In this document: piece after piece, positions 18,151 to 27,589 of the stretch
Layout of the letters: each line of letters opens with the position of its first letter
How positions within the stretch are numbered: the first letter of the stretch is position 1
Assembly: GCA_046728075.1 (NCBI GenBank)
Contig: JBKPDV010000032.1
Span: forward strand, 3,790 to 67,789
Source: Acidobacteriota bacterium
Lineage (GTDB): Bacteria; Acidobacteriota; Thermoanaerobaculia; UBA5066; Gp7-AA6
Length of the DNA stretch: 64,000 nucleotides
Reading direction: 5' to 3'
The notes under the pieces: model-generated
Told to the model about the DNA's origin: nothing
Databases searched by the model: none
Seen by the model: only the letters and a program-made list of their open reading frames with translations
Translations under genes and position numbers: made by a program

Positions 18151-21100
18151 CTAGTTCGCGCCGTCTTCGTCCGGCTCCTCCGGCTTTTCGCTCCGCGGAG
18201 CAGGTGGCTCCTTCACGGTCATGACCGCGAACCCTTTCGCCTTCGAGGTTTCGTTGAACGCCGGGATCGTCTTTCCGTACAGCTCGTCGAAGTCTCGGCG
18301 GACTTCGGCGAATTGCTTGCCGAGCAGCTCGTAGACCTCGCGCTCGGCCTGGGTTGGCGGGAAGTCCGCGTTTCCGGACACGTCGCCGCCGCCCGTCTCG
18401 GACTCGGCGAGCAGCCACACGAGCTTCAGGTAGAGCTCGAGCGGCCCGCGGAAGGATTTCAGGTCCGCCTCGGCGAGTGTGGGTTGGAGCAGCCGGTCCT
18501 CGACCGATCGGATCTTCTTCTCGAGCTCGTCCGCGCCCGTCATCCCGGAAGGAGGGGCCTTGGCGGCGCGGAGCATCTTCCTGTAGCCCTCCAGCTGCAA
18601 GCGCGTCCACTCCAGCTGGTTGATCATCCCCGCCGCGGCGTCGACGTCGCGCGCGAGCGCGCGCGAGAACTTCGCGGAAGCCTCCACGTCCGCCTCGGTG
18701 CCGGCAGAGTTCGGGTCCTTGCGCACGACGAGCTTCTGAGTCTCTTCCTTACCATCAACAGCGAGTTTGATCGTATAGGTGCCAGGCGGGACGAGCGGCC
18801 CGCGTTTGGGCGCGTCGATGCCGTAATAGTAGACGCCGCGCCTGTCCTTGCCGCGGAAACGCTTCTCCTCCCAGATGTGGGGATTGCCGGTCGGAGTCGT
18901 CCGGATACGGACTTCCTCCGTCGGCTCGTAGCGCAGGTCCCACGCGACGCGGTTGAAGCCGGCCTTCGCGGCGCCGGGAATCGTGCGGACCTTCTCCCCT
19001 GCCTCGTTCCAGATCGTGACTTCGATCGGGCTCTTCTTCGGAGATTCCGCGTTCTCGCTTTCCGGCGTTCCCTCCGACGACGGCTCTGGTTTCTTTGCCT
19101 CATCGACGCGCTTCGCCGCTTGCTTCAACCAATAGTTGATCGTGGCGCCATAGGCGGGGTTGCGCCCACCCGCGACACCGGCGGGCGCGAGATTCGGCCG
19201 GGAGACCGAGCGGAAGCGGTACGCGGGCCTCGGCTCGAAGAGATGGAACGCCTGTCCGCGGATCGAATCGGTTACCTGCTCGACCGGGGTCAGGTCATCC
19301 AGGATGAAGAACCCGCGGCCGTAAGTCCCGACGACAAGGTCGTGGAAGTGCGGCTGCACGGTCAGCCAGTAGACGGGCGCGTGAGGGAGCTTGGATTGGA
19401 GCGGCTCCCAATGACCGCCGTCGTCGAAGGAGACATAGAGGGCGTTCTCCGTGCCGGCGTAGAGAAGCCCCTTGCGGAACGGATCCTCGCGGACGACGTG
19501 CGTATAGGAGAGCGGGCCCTTCGGAATGTTGCCGGAGATCGACTTCCAGGTCTTCCCGTAATCGGTCGTCTTGTAGAGATGGGGATCGAAGCCGTTCACT
19601 TGATGGAAGTCGAACGCGACGTAGCAGGTACCGCCGTCGAAGGGAGACGGGTCGACGCTCCCCACCGTTCCCTTCGGCGGAAGGCCCGGAATGCCCGGCG
19701 TGACGTTGGACCAGTGCGCGCCGCCGTCCCTCGTGACCTGCACGAGGCCGTCGTTGGTGCCGGCCCAGATGACCCCCTTCTCCTTGGGCGACTCGGCGAT
19801 CGAGTAGACGACGCCCGCGTACTCTACGGAGAGGTTATCGACCGTCAACCCTCCTGAGTCGCCCATCATCGATTTGTCCTGCGTGGTCAGGTCCGGACTG
19901 ATGGTCTTCCACGTCTGGCCGCCGTCGGAGGTTGCGTGGACGTACTGGCTGCCGGCGTAGACGGTGTTGTGGTCGTGAGGCGAGATCGCGATCGGATATG
20001 TCCAGTTCATCCTAAGCTTGATCTGTCCCGCGTTGGCGCCCATCGTTCGCTCGGGCCAGATAGAGACGGTGCGGGTCTGGCCGGTCTTCGCATCGAAGCG
20101 CTCGAGCACGCCCGCGTAGCAGCCGCCCCACACGATGTTCGGGTCGACAGGATCCGGCGTGGCCCATCCCGTCTCGCAGCCGGCGGTGGAAGTCCAAACC
20201 GATGAGGGAATGCCGAACGCTCCCGGCAGGTGGCTCGGACCGCGCATCGAGCCGTCGTCCTGCATCTGCCCGTAGACGAAGTACGGGATCCGGTTGTCGG
20301 TCGTGACGTGGTACATCTGCCCGATCGGCAGCCGGACGGAGCTCCACTCGCGCCCGCGTGTCGTCGTCAGCATCACGCCGCCGTCGTTGCCGATCATCAT
20401 CCGGGAAGGCTGCCGGGGGTCCGCCCACATGTCGTGGTTGTCGCCGCCCCAGCGGATCTGTTCCGAAGTCTCCCCGCCGTCGTACGTGACCCCCATCTGG
20501 TTGGAGGGGAAGTAGACCTCGTTGGCGTTGTCGGGTGTGACGAGCATGCGCGTGTAGTAGTGAGGACGCTCGTTCAACAGCCGGCTGTCGCTGGCCTTCT
20601 TCCAGTGCTCCCCGCCGTCGTCGGAGCGCCACAGCGAGCCGCGGTCTCCCGTCTCGATCAGCGCGTAAACGCGGTCCGAGTTGGAAGGCGCGACGGCAAC
20701 TGCGATCTTTCCGATCGGCGCCTCGGGCAAGCCGTGGACCGTGATGCGTTTCCAGGTGCTGCCGCCGTCCTTCGAGACGAAGACCCCGCTGCCTGGCCCG
20801 CCGCTCTTGCGCCCCCAGGTCTTGATGTCGATCTGCCACATGCCGGCAAAGAGAATTCTCGGGTTCGACGGATCCATGGAGAGGTCCGAGGCTCCCGTGT
20901 TCTCGTCGACGAAGAGGACTCGGTCCCAGGTTTTCCCGCCGTCGGTCGTGCGGTAGACGCCGCGCTCGGGCTGCGGCCCGTAGCAGGTGCCGAGCGCCGC
21001 GGCGAATACAATATTTGCATTGTGAGGATCGATCGCGATCCGGCCGATGCGGCCGGTTTTCGCGAGCCCCATGTTCTTCCAGGTCTTGCCGGCGTCGGTC

Positions 21101-21537
21101 GACTTGTAGATGCCGTCGCCCAAGGAGACGTTGCTGCGGATGAACGTCTCCCCGGTCCCGACCCAGATCACGTTCGGATCGGAGGGCGCGATCGCGATCG
21201 AGCCGATCGACTGCGCCGGCTGGTCGTCGAAGACCGCTTTCCAGTGGATGCCTCCGTCCGTCGTCTTCCAGACGCCTCCCGAGGACGCGCCCGCATAGGC
21301 GACGTTGGAATCCCCGGGGACTCCGACCACCGCCGCCACGCGGTTGCCCGGAGGACCGATGAAGCGGTACTGCAAGCCGGCGTACGGATCGGGAGCGGCC
21401 GGGGCCGACGGCGCGCTCGCCGGGACCTGCGGCGATTTCGGCTTCTTTGCCGCTTCCGGAGCGGCTCCCATCGCGAGCCCCGGCAAGAGCATCGCCGCCG
21501 CGAGGCGCAAGAAACTCGAGGTGGATCCTCTTTTCAT
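18151..21537 (-). CDS. BNR/Asp-box repeat protein, sortilin/VPS10-like (GH74-like beta-propellers)
   Basis: 1128 aa with a signal peptide. It has at least 10 Asp-box repeats (WKTTDGGIHW, YKSTDAGKTW, YRTTDGGKTW, SKDGGSTW, SDDGGEHW, TSDGGQTW, TRDGGAHW, KTTDYGKTW, SFDDGGHW). Confidence 0.75.
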   Translation of the reverse strand: MKRGSTSSFLRLAAAMLLPGLAMGAAPEAAKKPKSPQVPASAPSAPAAPDPYAGLQYRFIGPPGNRVAAVVGVPGDSNVAYAGASSGGVWKTTDGGIHWKAVFDDQPAQSIGSIAIAPSDPNVIWVGTGETFIRSNVSLGDGIYKSTDAGKTWKNMGLAKTGRIGRIAIDPHNANIVFAAALGTCYGPQPERGVYRTTDGGKTWDRVLFVDENTGASDLSMDPSNPRILFAGMWQIDIKTWGRKSGGPGSGVFVSKDGGSTWKRITVHGLPEAPIGKIAVAVAPSNSDRVYALIETGDRGSLWRSDDGGEHWKKASDSRLLNERPHYYTRMLVTPDNANEVYFPSNQMGVTYDGGETSEQIRWGGDNHDMWADPRQPSRMMIGNDGGVMLTTTRGREWSSVRLPIGQMYHVTTDNRIPYFVYGQMQDDGSMRGPSHLPGAFGIPSSVWTSTAGCETGWATPDPVDPNIVWGGCYAGVLERFDAKTGQTRTVSIWPERTMGANAGQIKLRMNWTYPIAISPHDHNTVYAGSQYVHATSDGGQTWKTISPDLTTQDKSMMGDSGGLTVDNLSVEYAGVVYSIAESPKEKGVIWAGTNDGLVQVTRDGGAHWSNVTPGIPGLPPKGTVGSVDPSPFDGGTCYVAFDFHQVNGFDPHLYKTTDYGKTWKSISGNIPKGPLSYTHVVREDPFRKGLLYAGTENALYVSFDDGGHWEPLQSKLPHAPVYWLTVQPHFHDLVVGTYGRGFFILDDLTPVEQVTDSIRGQAFHLFEPRPAYRFRSVSRPNLAPAGVAGGRNPAYGATINYWLKQAAKRVDEAKKPEPSSEGTPESENAESPKKSPIEVTIWNEAGEKVRTIPGAAKAGFNRVAWDLRYEPTEEVRIRTTPTGNPHIWEEKRFRGKDRRGVYYYGIDAPKRGPLVPPGTYTIKLAVDGKEETQKLVVRKDPNSAGTEADVEASAKFSRALARDVDAAAGMINQLEWTRLQLEGYRKMLRAAKAPPSGMTGADELEKKIRSVEDRLLQPTLAEADLKSFRGPLELYLKLVWLLAESETGGGDVSGNADFPPTQAEREVYELLGKQFAEVRRDFDELYGKTIPAFNETSKAKGFAVMTVKEPPAPRSEKPEEPDEDGAN

Positions 21538-21547
21538 GGGTCCTCCG

Positions 21548-23335
21548 TTAGCCGGCCGCTTTGCGCGCGCGGATGTACGCGTCGATCCGCGCCTCGAGAA
21601 TCGGCAGCGTCACAGTGCCGCCGGAGAGCACGCGGTCGTGGAACTCCCGCACGTCGAACCGCGGCCCCAGGGCCTCTTCGGCCCTGCGGCGAAGTTCGCG
21701 AATCTTCAGCTCCCCGATCTTGTACGCGAGCGCCTGACCCGGCCACGCGATGTAGCGATCGGTCTCGGTCGTGCACTCGTGCAGGGAAAGCGCCGTGTTG
21801 GCGGCGAGGTATTCGATCGCCTGCTGCCGCGTCCAGCCCTTCGCGTGCAGGCCCGTGTCCACCACGAGCCGGCAGGCGCGCCACATCTCGTACGTCAGGC
21901 GCCCGAAGTTGCTGTAGGGGTCGGTGTAGAGGCCCATTTCCAGGCCGAGATGCTCCGAGTACAGGCCCCAGCCCTCGCCGAAAGTGTCGATGTAGAGGAA
22001 GCGACGGAACTTCGGCAGATCGGAAAGCTCCTTGGCGAGCGCGATCTGAAGATGGTGCCCCGGCACGGCCTCGTGCAGGGTCAGGGACTCCTGCACATAG
22101 AGCGGACGGGTCTCGAGAGCGTACGTATTGACCCAGTAGATCCCCGCGCGCTTGCTGTCGGGCGGTGCCGGAACATACCGCCCTCCGGTGTACTTGGGCG
22201 CGATCTCCGCGGGAACCGGCTCGACGCCGTACGGCTGGCGCGGCAGCCGGCCGAAGAGAGACGGAAGCTTGCCGTCGATTTTCTTGGCGATCCAGGCGGC
22301 CTGCTTCAAGAGTTCCTCGGGCGTCTTCGCGTAGAAGCGCGGATCGGTGCGCAGGAACTTCAGGAAGTCCGCGAAGCTTCCCGAGAAACCGGTCTGCCGG
22401 ATCACGTCTTCCATCTCCGTGCGGATGCGGCGGACTTCTTCCAAACCGAGAGCGTGGATCTGCTCCGCTGTCCGGTCGAGCGTCGTGAAATGCCGGATGA
22501 GGTACGCGTAGTAGTCCCGGCCGCCTTCCAGATCCGACGCGCCGACTGTCTTACGCGCGCGCGGCATGTACTCGCGGGTCATGAACTCGAGAAACATCCG
22601 ATAGCCGGGCACGATTTGTTCTCGGATCGCCTTCTCCCCCTCGGCCCGGAGGCGCGCGCGGTCGCCTTCGATCACTCCGGCCGGAAACAACGCGAACGGC
22701 GCGTAGAAACGGCTTAGCTTGGGATCGGCGACGACGTGAGCGGCGATGGTTCCCTCGTAGCCCTCGAGGACAACCCGCGGCAGAGTCCAGCCTGTCGCGA
22801 GTCCCTCGCGCAGCAGCTCGACGTTCTGGCGCGCGTACTCGGGAAAGGCCTGAAGGCGGGCGATGTAGTTCTCGTAGTCGCGCGTCGTCGCGAGAGGGAC
22901 GTCCTGAGGAAGCTGCGCGAATTCGATGTGAAAGCCGCTGTCCGAGTTGATCGGGAAACGGTAGCCGTGGAGCTCGAAGGCCCGGATGGCGTCGTCGAGC
23001 TCCCGGCGAAGAAGCTCGCGGCTCTCGCGAGCGGTCTCTTCGAGCGCGGCCGGATCGATGGCGAGGAGGCGGTCTCGAAATCGCCGGCGGGCCTCCACCC
23101 GCCGAGCCTCGTCCCCAACCCGTACCGAAGGAAGTTTGTCGTCCCATCGGTGCTCTCCGACCGCGGTCGCGACGAGCGGGTTCTCCGAGAGCTCAAACTC
23201 CCATTCCTCGTCGAAGAGCGCGTGAAGCTGCGTGCGCGCGTCCTTCGGGTCTCCCTTCGTTTCTTTCGGCGCCCCTGCGAGCGGCACCAGAGCGATCACG
23301 GCGATCAGCGCGCAGAGAAGTCCGTCCGCCAGCAC
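21548..23335 (-). CDS. DUF885 family protein (secreted/lipoprotein-like)
   Basis: 595 aa. It has an N-terminal hydrophobic segment and a DUF885-type 'LHEAVPGHHLQ' motif with metallopeptidase-like HExxH context. Confidence 0.7.
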   Translation of the reverse strand: MLADGLLCALIAVIALVPLAGAPKETKGDPKDARTQLHALFDEEWEFELSENPLVATAVGEHRWDDKLPSVRVGDEARRVEARRRFRDRLLAIDPAALEETARESRELLRRELDDAIRAFELHGYRFPINSDSGFHIEFAQLPQDVPLATTRDYENYIARLQAFPEYARQNVELLREGLATGWTLPRVVLEGYEGTIAAHVVADPKLSRFYAPFALFPAGVIEGDRARLRAEGEKAIREQIVPGYRMFLEFMTREYMPRARKTVGASDLEGGRDYYAYLIRHFTTLDRTAEQIHALGLEEVRRIRTEMEDVIRQTGFSGSFADFLKFLRTDPRFYAKTPEELLKQAAWIAKKIDGKLPSLFGRLPRQPYGVEPVPAEIAPKYTGGRYVPAPPDSKRAGIYWVNTYALETRPLYVQESLTLHEAVPGHHLQIALAKELSDLPKFRRFLYIDTFGEGWGLYSEHLGLEMGLYTDPYSNFGRLTYEMWRACRLVVDTGLHAKGWTRQQAIEYLAANTALSLHECTTETDRYIAWPGQALAYKIGELKIRELRRRAEEALGPRFDVREFHDRVLSGGTVTLPILEARIDAYIRARKAAG

Positions 23336-23434
23336 GTCATCCCTCCTTGTTTGTGCGGGGCGATGATACCGAAGGCCGCGTTTTTTCTGGGCGGGGCCCG
23401 AAGGGGGCCGCGCCCAGGACGATGAGCGCGGAGC

Positions 23435-26191
23435 TCAGTCCTCGCGAAGGGCTTGCATCGGATCCAGCGTCGCGGCCCGATGGGCCGGAAGGAAGCTCGC
23501 GGCCGCGGCAATGCCGGCGAGGCTGACGACGGCAATCCCCATCGTCATCGGGTCGCTCGGCGTCAGCCCGAAGAGCAGCGTTCGAGCCGCGCTTCCCGCC
23601 AGAAGGGCAAGGCCGGTCCCGAGCGCCAGGCCGATGCCGAGCAGCGTCCCCGCCTCTCTCAAGATCAGGGCCAGCACATCGCGCCGGCTCGCGCCCAACG
23701 CCATGCGGACTCCGATCTCGTTGCGGCGCCGGACCACCATGTAGGAAATCACCCCGTACAGGCCGATCGTAGCCAGCAGCGCCGCGAGAAATCCGAAGAA
23801 TCCGGACAGCGTCGCCATCAACCGTTCGCGCAGGAGACTCTCCCGAATCGTGGTTTCGAACACTCGGAAGTTCAGCACGAGCGCAGGGCTCGTCTCCGCC
23901 GCGACCTGCTTCACCGACGCCACAAGGCCTGAGATCGGCCCGTCGGTTCGCAAGAGAACATGAAGGGAGGCCTCGGGGCGGTCGTCCTGAGCCTGGGCGA
24001 GGAAGACGATCGGCGAGAATCCTTCGCGCAGATCTCCGTATTTCGTGTCTTTGACGAGGCCGACGATTTGATAAACACGGTCGGGACGTCCTTCCTGCTG
24101 AGCCACACCGAGCGACCGTCCGATGGGATTGCCGGCGTCCAGAAACTTCCGCGCGAACGTCTGCGTCACGACGGCGACGGGCGGAGACGAGGTCGTGTCT
24201 CCATCGCCGAAATCTCGTCCCGCCAGAAGCGGAGTTCCCAGAGTACGGAAATAGCCCGGCGTCACGCGGTTGAAGTTGGCGATCTTGCGTTGGACGGAAG
24301 ACCCGGGAATACTGACGTTGTCGTTCCAGCCATTGCCGCTGACCGGGACGATCCGAGCATCAGCCGCGGAGAGGACCCCCGGGATCGCCCGCAGGCGCTC
24401 CAACAGCGCCTTTTTGTAGGACGTGCGCCGCTCGATCGGAACCTTCAACGGCGAGAGATCGATCTCGCTGACGAGAACCTGCTTTCGTTGAAAGCCCGTA
24501 TCGATCGTCTGGAGATTCCGGAGGGTCCGCACGAAGAGCAACGCGCCGACGAGCAGCATCAGCGAGAGCGCGACCTGGGAGACCACGAGAGCGCGGCGCA
24601 CTCCGAGCCGCTGGCGGCCGGCCGTCAGACTGCGGCCGCTCGACTTCATGGCTTCTCCGGGAGAAGTCCGCGCCGCCTGGAGCGCAGGCGCCAGGCCGAA
24701 GACCACGCACGTCAACGTGGCCAGCGCGGTGGTGAAAGCCAGGACTCGCCAGTCCGGCGTCAGATCGAGGGACCAGCGGCTCCCCTGCGTGCCCAGGAAC
24801 GAGACGAGCCCGCGGCTCAGGGCCTGCGCCAGCGCGGCGCCGAAAACCGCGCCGGCGGCTGCCAGCAAGAGGCTCTCCGCAAGCAGCTGCCGGATCAACC
24901 GGCCGCGCGAGGCGCCCAGAGCGAGGCGCACCGCCATCTCTCGCTGCCGAACGGTCGCGCGGGCCACGATCAGATTGGCGAGGTTCGCGCAGGCAATCAT
25001 CAGGACCAACCCGGAAGTCGCCAGCAGCAGCCAGAGTGGAGACTCATATCGGCGGCGCAGCGAAGAGACACCGGAGGCTGCGGGAAGCGCCTCCAGTCGG
25101 AATCCCAGGTAGCGTTTTGCGTCGACGGCGTCGTACTGGGAGGGCAGCGTGGTCTCGAAGACTCCGCGAGCGATCGTGGCCAGCTGAGCGGACGCCCTCT
25201 CGACCGTCCAACCGGGCTGGAGTCGCCCGATCGCGGCGAGCCACCACTGCTGCCGATCCTCGATTCGCGGCTTCTCCTGGGTGACGAGCGGCTCCGCACA
25301 CAGAGGCAGAGCCGCGTCGAAGCCTCGTCCGACTTCCACTCCGAAGAAGCTTCGTGGGGTCACGCCCACGATCTCGAAAGGATGCCCCTCCAGAGTGATC
25401 GTCCGGCCGAGAGCGGAGGAGCGGCCGCCGAACTCGCGTTGCCAATAAGAATCGCTGAGCACGATGCCCGGCGACCCGCAGCCGCGCCGGTCGTCCGCCG
25501 CTGAGAGCAGACGTCCGATCCGGGGCTGCAGCCCCAGGGTCGAAAAGAAACTGCCGCTGACCCACAGCACGTCCACGTACCGCGCCTCTCCGCCCGGGCT
25601 CGAGTTCAACTGCTCCGAGCCCCAGGCCGCCATGCTCGAGAACGCGCGCTGCTGGTCCCGGATCTGTTCCCAGAGAGCGAAGGTCAACTGAGGGTTGCGC
25701 CCAGTAAAGCTGCCGGTTCGGCCGAACGTGTTGTCCTCGACTCGGACGGAAGCGAGCTCGAGCGGGCGGGCGACGGGCAGCAGCCGCAAACGAACGGCGT
25801 CGAGCAGCTGGAAGATCGCTGTATTAGCTCCGATGCCCAGGGCAAGCGAGAGGATTGCCACGACCGCGAATCCGGGATCGAGCCGGAGCAAACGCGCCCC
25901 GTGGCGCAGATCTTTCGCGAAGGCCCCGAGCCAGCCGGCCGAGCCTTCGCGGGCCGCCGTCTCCCTCCGCCGCGCGAGCTCCAGGGACTTTAGCTCCCGC
26001 CCCAATCCGCGGTCGCTGACCTCTTCGATCACGGACCGATAGGCCTTCTCTCCATCGGCCCCGCCGGCCAGGAGCTCCTCGTACCGATCGCTCAAGTGCT
26101 GAGCGAGCTCGTCGACGATCGCCGCTTCGCGCGCCGGCGGCAGCCCGAGGCTCTCGACGAGCTTACGGACCTCGGATGGCCAATCAGGCAT
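23435..26191 (-). CDS. ABC transporter permease, ADOP family (MacB/FtsX-like, duplicated)
   Basis: 918 aa. It has an N-terminal 'permease prefix' (MPDWPSEVRKLVESLGLPPAREAAIVDELAQHLSDRYEEL) and two FtsX-like 4-TM blocks separated by large periplasmic domains. It overlaps the PadR gene by 8 nt. Confidence 0.75.
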   Translation of the reverse strand: MPDWPSEVRKLVESLGLPPAREAAIVDELAQHLSDRYEELLAGGADGEKAYRSVIEEVSDRGLGRELKSLELARRRETAAREGSAGWLGAFAKDLRHGARLLRLDPGFAVVAILSLALGIGANTAIFQLLDAVRLRLLPVARPLELASVRVEDNTFGRTGSFTGRNPQLTFALWEQIRDQQRAFSSMAAWGSEQLNSSPGGEARYVDVLWVSGSFFSTLGLQPRIGRLLSAADDRRGCGSPGIVLSDSYWQREFGGRSSALGRTITLEGHPFEIVGVTPRSFFGVEVGRGFDAALPLCAEPLVTQEKPRIEDRQQWWLAAIGRLQPGWTVERASAQLATIARGVFETTLPSQYDAVDAKRYLGFRLEALPAASGVSSLRRRYESPLWLLLATSGLVLMIACANLANLIVARATVRQREMAVRLALGASRGRLIRQLLAESLLLAAAGAVFGAALAQALSRGLVSFLGTQGSRWSLDLTPDWRVLAFTTALATLTCVVFGLAPALQAARTSPGEAMKSSGRSLTAGRQRLGVRRALVVSQVALSLMLLVGALLFVRTLRNLQTIDTGFQRKQVLVSEIDLSPLKVPIERRTSYKKALLERLRAIPGVLSAADARIVPVSGNGWNDNVSIPGSSVQRKIANFNRVTPGYFRTLGTPLLAGRDFGDGDTTSSPPVAVVTQTFARKFLDAGNPIGRSLGVAQQEGRPDRVYQIVGLVKDTKYGDLREGFSPIVFLAQAQDDRPEASLHVLLRTDGPISGLVASVKQVAAETSPALVLNFRVFETTIRESLLRERLMATLSGFFGFLAALLATIGLYGVISYMVVRRRNEIGVRMALGASRRDVLALILREAGTLLGIGLALGTGLALLAGSAARTLLFGLTPSDPMTMGIAVVSLAGIAAAASFLPAHRAATLDPMQALRED

Positions 26192-26537
26192 TTTCTGCGG
26201 CCGTAATCTGCCGGATCGCCTTCACGAAGTCGCGCCACATGCTTCGCCGCTCGCGCAGAGTCTTCCGTCCGCTGGCGGTCAGCCGGTAGTAGCGCCGCCG
26301 GCGCTGGTCCGCCTTTTCGACCCAGCGCCCCTCGACGAAGCCGCGCTCCTCCAGCCGGTAGAGCAGGGGGTAGAGGGATGCCACGTTGAAACGGACCACT
26401 CCGCCCGAGCGCGCCTCGATGAGCTTGGCGATCTCGTAGCCGTGACGCGGTCGGCGCTCGACCAAAGAGAGGATCAGCATCTCAGCGCTCCCCTTTTTCA
26501 TCTCGCGATCGAACAGCTTCGCCGTAATATGTCGCAT
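26184..26537 (-). CDS. PadR family transcriptional regulator
   Basis: 117 aa. It has a winged-helix 'LILSLVERRPRHGYEIAKLIEARSGGVVRFNVASLYPLLYRLEERGFVEGRWV' block. Pairing with an ADOP permease is a canonical arrangement. Confidence 0.85.
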   Translation of the reverse strand: MRHITAKLFDREMKKGSAEMLILSLVERRPRHGYEIAKLIEARSGGVVRFNVASLYPLLYRLEERGFVEGRWVEKADQRRRRYYRLTASGRKTLRERRSMWRDFVKAIRQITAAENA

Positions 26538-26547
26538 AACAACATAT
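26527..26547. promoter_or_regulatory. AT-rich palindrome ATATGT-N9-ACATAT overlapping the PadR start codon (candidate autoregulatory operator), followed by TACGTA
   Basis: The sequence is atatgtcgcataacaacatat(ctacgtaa). It is a low-GC island in a 68% GC genome, centred on the ATG at 26537. Confidence 0.35.
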
Positions 26548-26598
26548 CTACGTAACAGCTATCGCCGGCGGTGTCAAGCGGGGTGAGCTGAGGCGGCC

Positions 26599-27405
26599 CT
26601 ATGGGCGGGATGTCGGGGAGGGCGGGCGGGCCTGGTCCGGACAGGCCAGATCGATGTGCCACACCGGCCCGCCAAAAAAGAGCGGACCTTCCGCTTTGAT
26701 AAAGGTCGGAGCCTCGCCGGTGAGAATCCAGACATAGGTCACGGGAGGCTTCTTGCCGAGCAGCGTGGCGAGCACGCCCTTGATGCCGCCGATCTCGATC
26801 CGCGAGGCGTAGCGAATCGATTTGTGCGTCGAGCTCCCGAGGGTCACGCGATCCTCGCCGGCCGCCGAGAGAACGAGCTTGACGAGAAGCGGCTTGGGCG
26901 TCGCAGCGACCATCGAGAGCGTGGCCCCAGGGGGCTCGGGACCGATGTTTTTCAGAAGCGTGAACATCAATCCGTTTGCCACGTCGGTCGGCAGCTCCAT
27001 CCGGTCCTGATCGAGCTTTTCTTTCCCGTCGTCCGTCCGGCTCTTGACCGTGACGAGACCGGTGGTTGCGTCGATCGAGGTCTCGATCGGATGGGGGAAG
27101 CTGGGACCCTTCTGGACGAGATGGTCGCTGATCAGCCGGAACCGTTCTTTCTGCGAGAACACCACGGTCTCGTCGTGGATCGAGCCATCTTTGAAGTGGA
27201 AGACCACGCGGGTCGTGACCCGGTCGCCCCGCGAGGTCTGAATCAGGTCTCCATCCGCCAGGGCGGCGCCGTCCTGCGCGCGCAAGACCAGAAAGCCGCG
27301 AGCCACCCCTTCCGCGTGGCGGACAGGCACCTGCTCGGCGCAGAGAGCGCCTGCCGGAAGCAGGCCAGCCAGGATGAAGAAAATCTGAAGAAAACGCCGC
27401 TCCAT
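26599..27405 (-). CDS. Hypothetical secreted protein
   Basis: The start is at MERRFLQIFFILAGLLPAGALCA (signal peptide), with an AAAGG 8 nt upstream. There is no recognisable domain. Confidence 0.4.
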   Translation of the reverse strand: MERRFLQIFFILAGLLPAGALCAEQVPVRHAEGVARGFLVLRAQDGAALADGDLIQTSRGDRVTTRVVFHFKDGSIHDETVVFSQKERFRLISDHLVQKGPSFPHPIETSIDATTGLVTVKSRTDDGKEKLDQDRMELPTDVANGLMFTLLKNIGPEPPGATLSMVAATPKPLLVKLVLSAAGEDRVTLGSSTHKSIRYASRIEIGGIKGVLATLLGKKPPVTYVWILTGEAPTFIKAEGPLFFGGPVWHIDLACPDQARPPSPTSRP

Positions 27406-27589
27406 CAGCACCTTTCTCAGAGGTCGAGAGAGCAATTGCCGTACCCGGCTCCCTTGTTCACCATCGCGCCCCGATCAGGGAAGAATCCGACTGGAATCGG
27501 GGCGCCGACGGCCGAATCGCCCAAAACACTAGGCCCGCGCACACGTATGGGAACGGAGGAACGCACGTTCTTCCAAACTGGAGGTAAGA

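Noticed and set aside
16511-18610. Long 699-aa form of the TPR-like protein; likewise the 2242-3447, 38016-40514, 46149-47072, 54392-57535 and 57198-60170 long forms
   Set aside because: The N-terminal extensions are Arg-rich, overlap the upstream gene, and precede an obvious signal peptide or conserved kinase start. I chose the shorter starts.
23336-23434. GC hairpin plus T6 run (cgaaggccgcgttttttctgggcggggccc) as an intrinsic terminator
   Set aside because: The T-run is on the plus strand, while both flanking genes are transcribed on the minus strand, where it reads as an A-run. The stem is imperfect. It is more likely the promoter/RBS region (AAGGAGGG-ATG) of the DUF885 gene.
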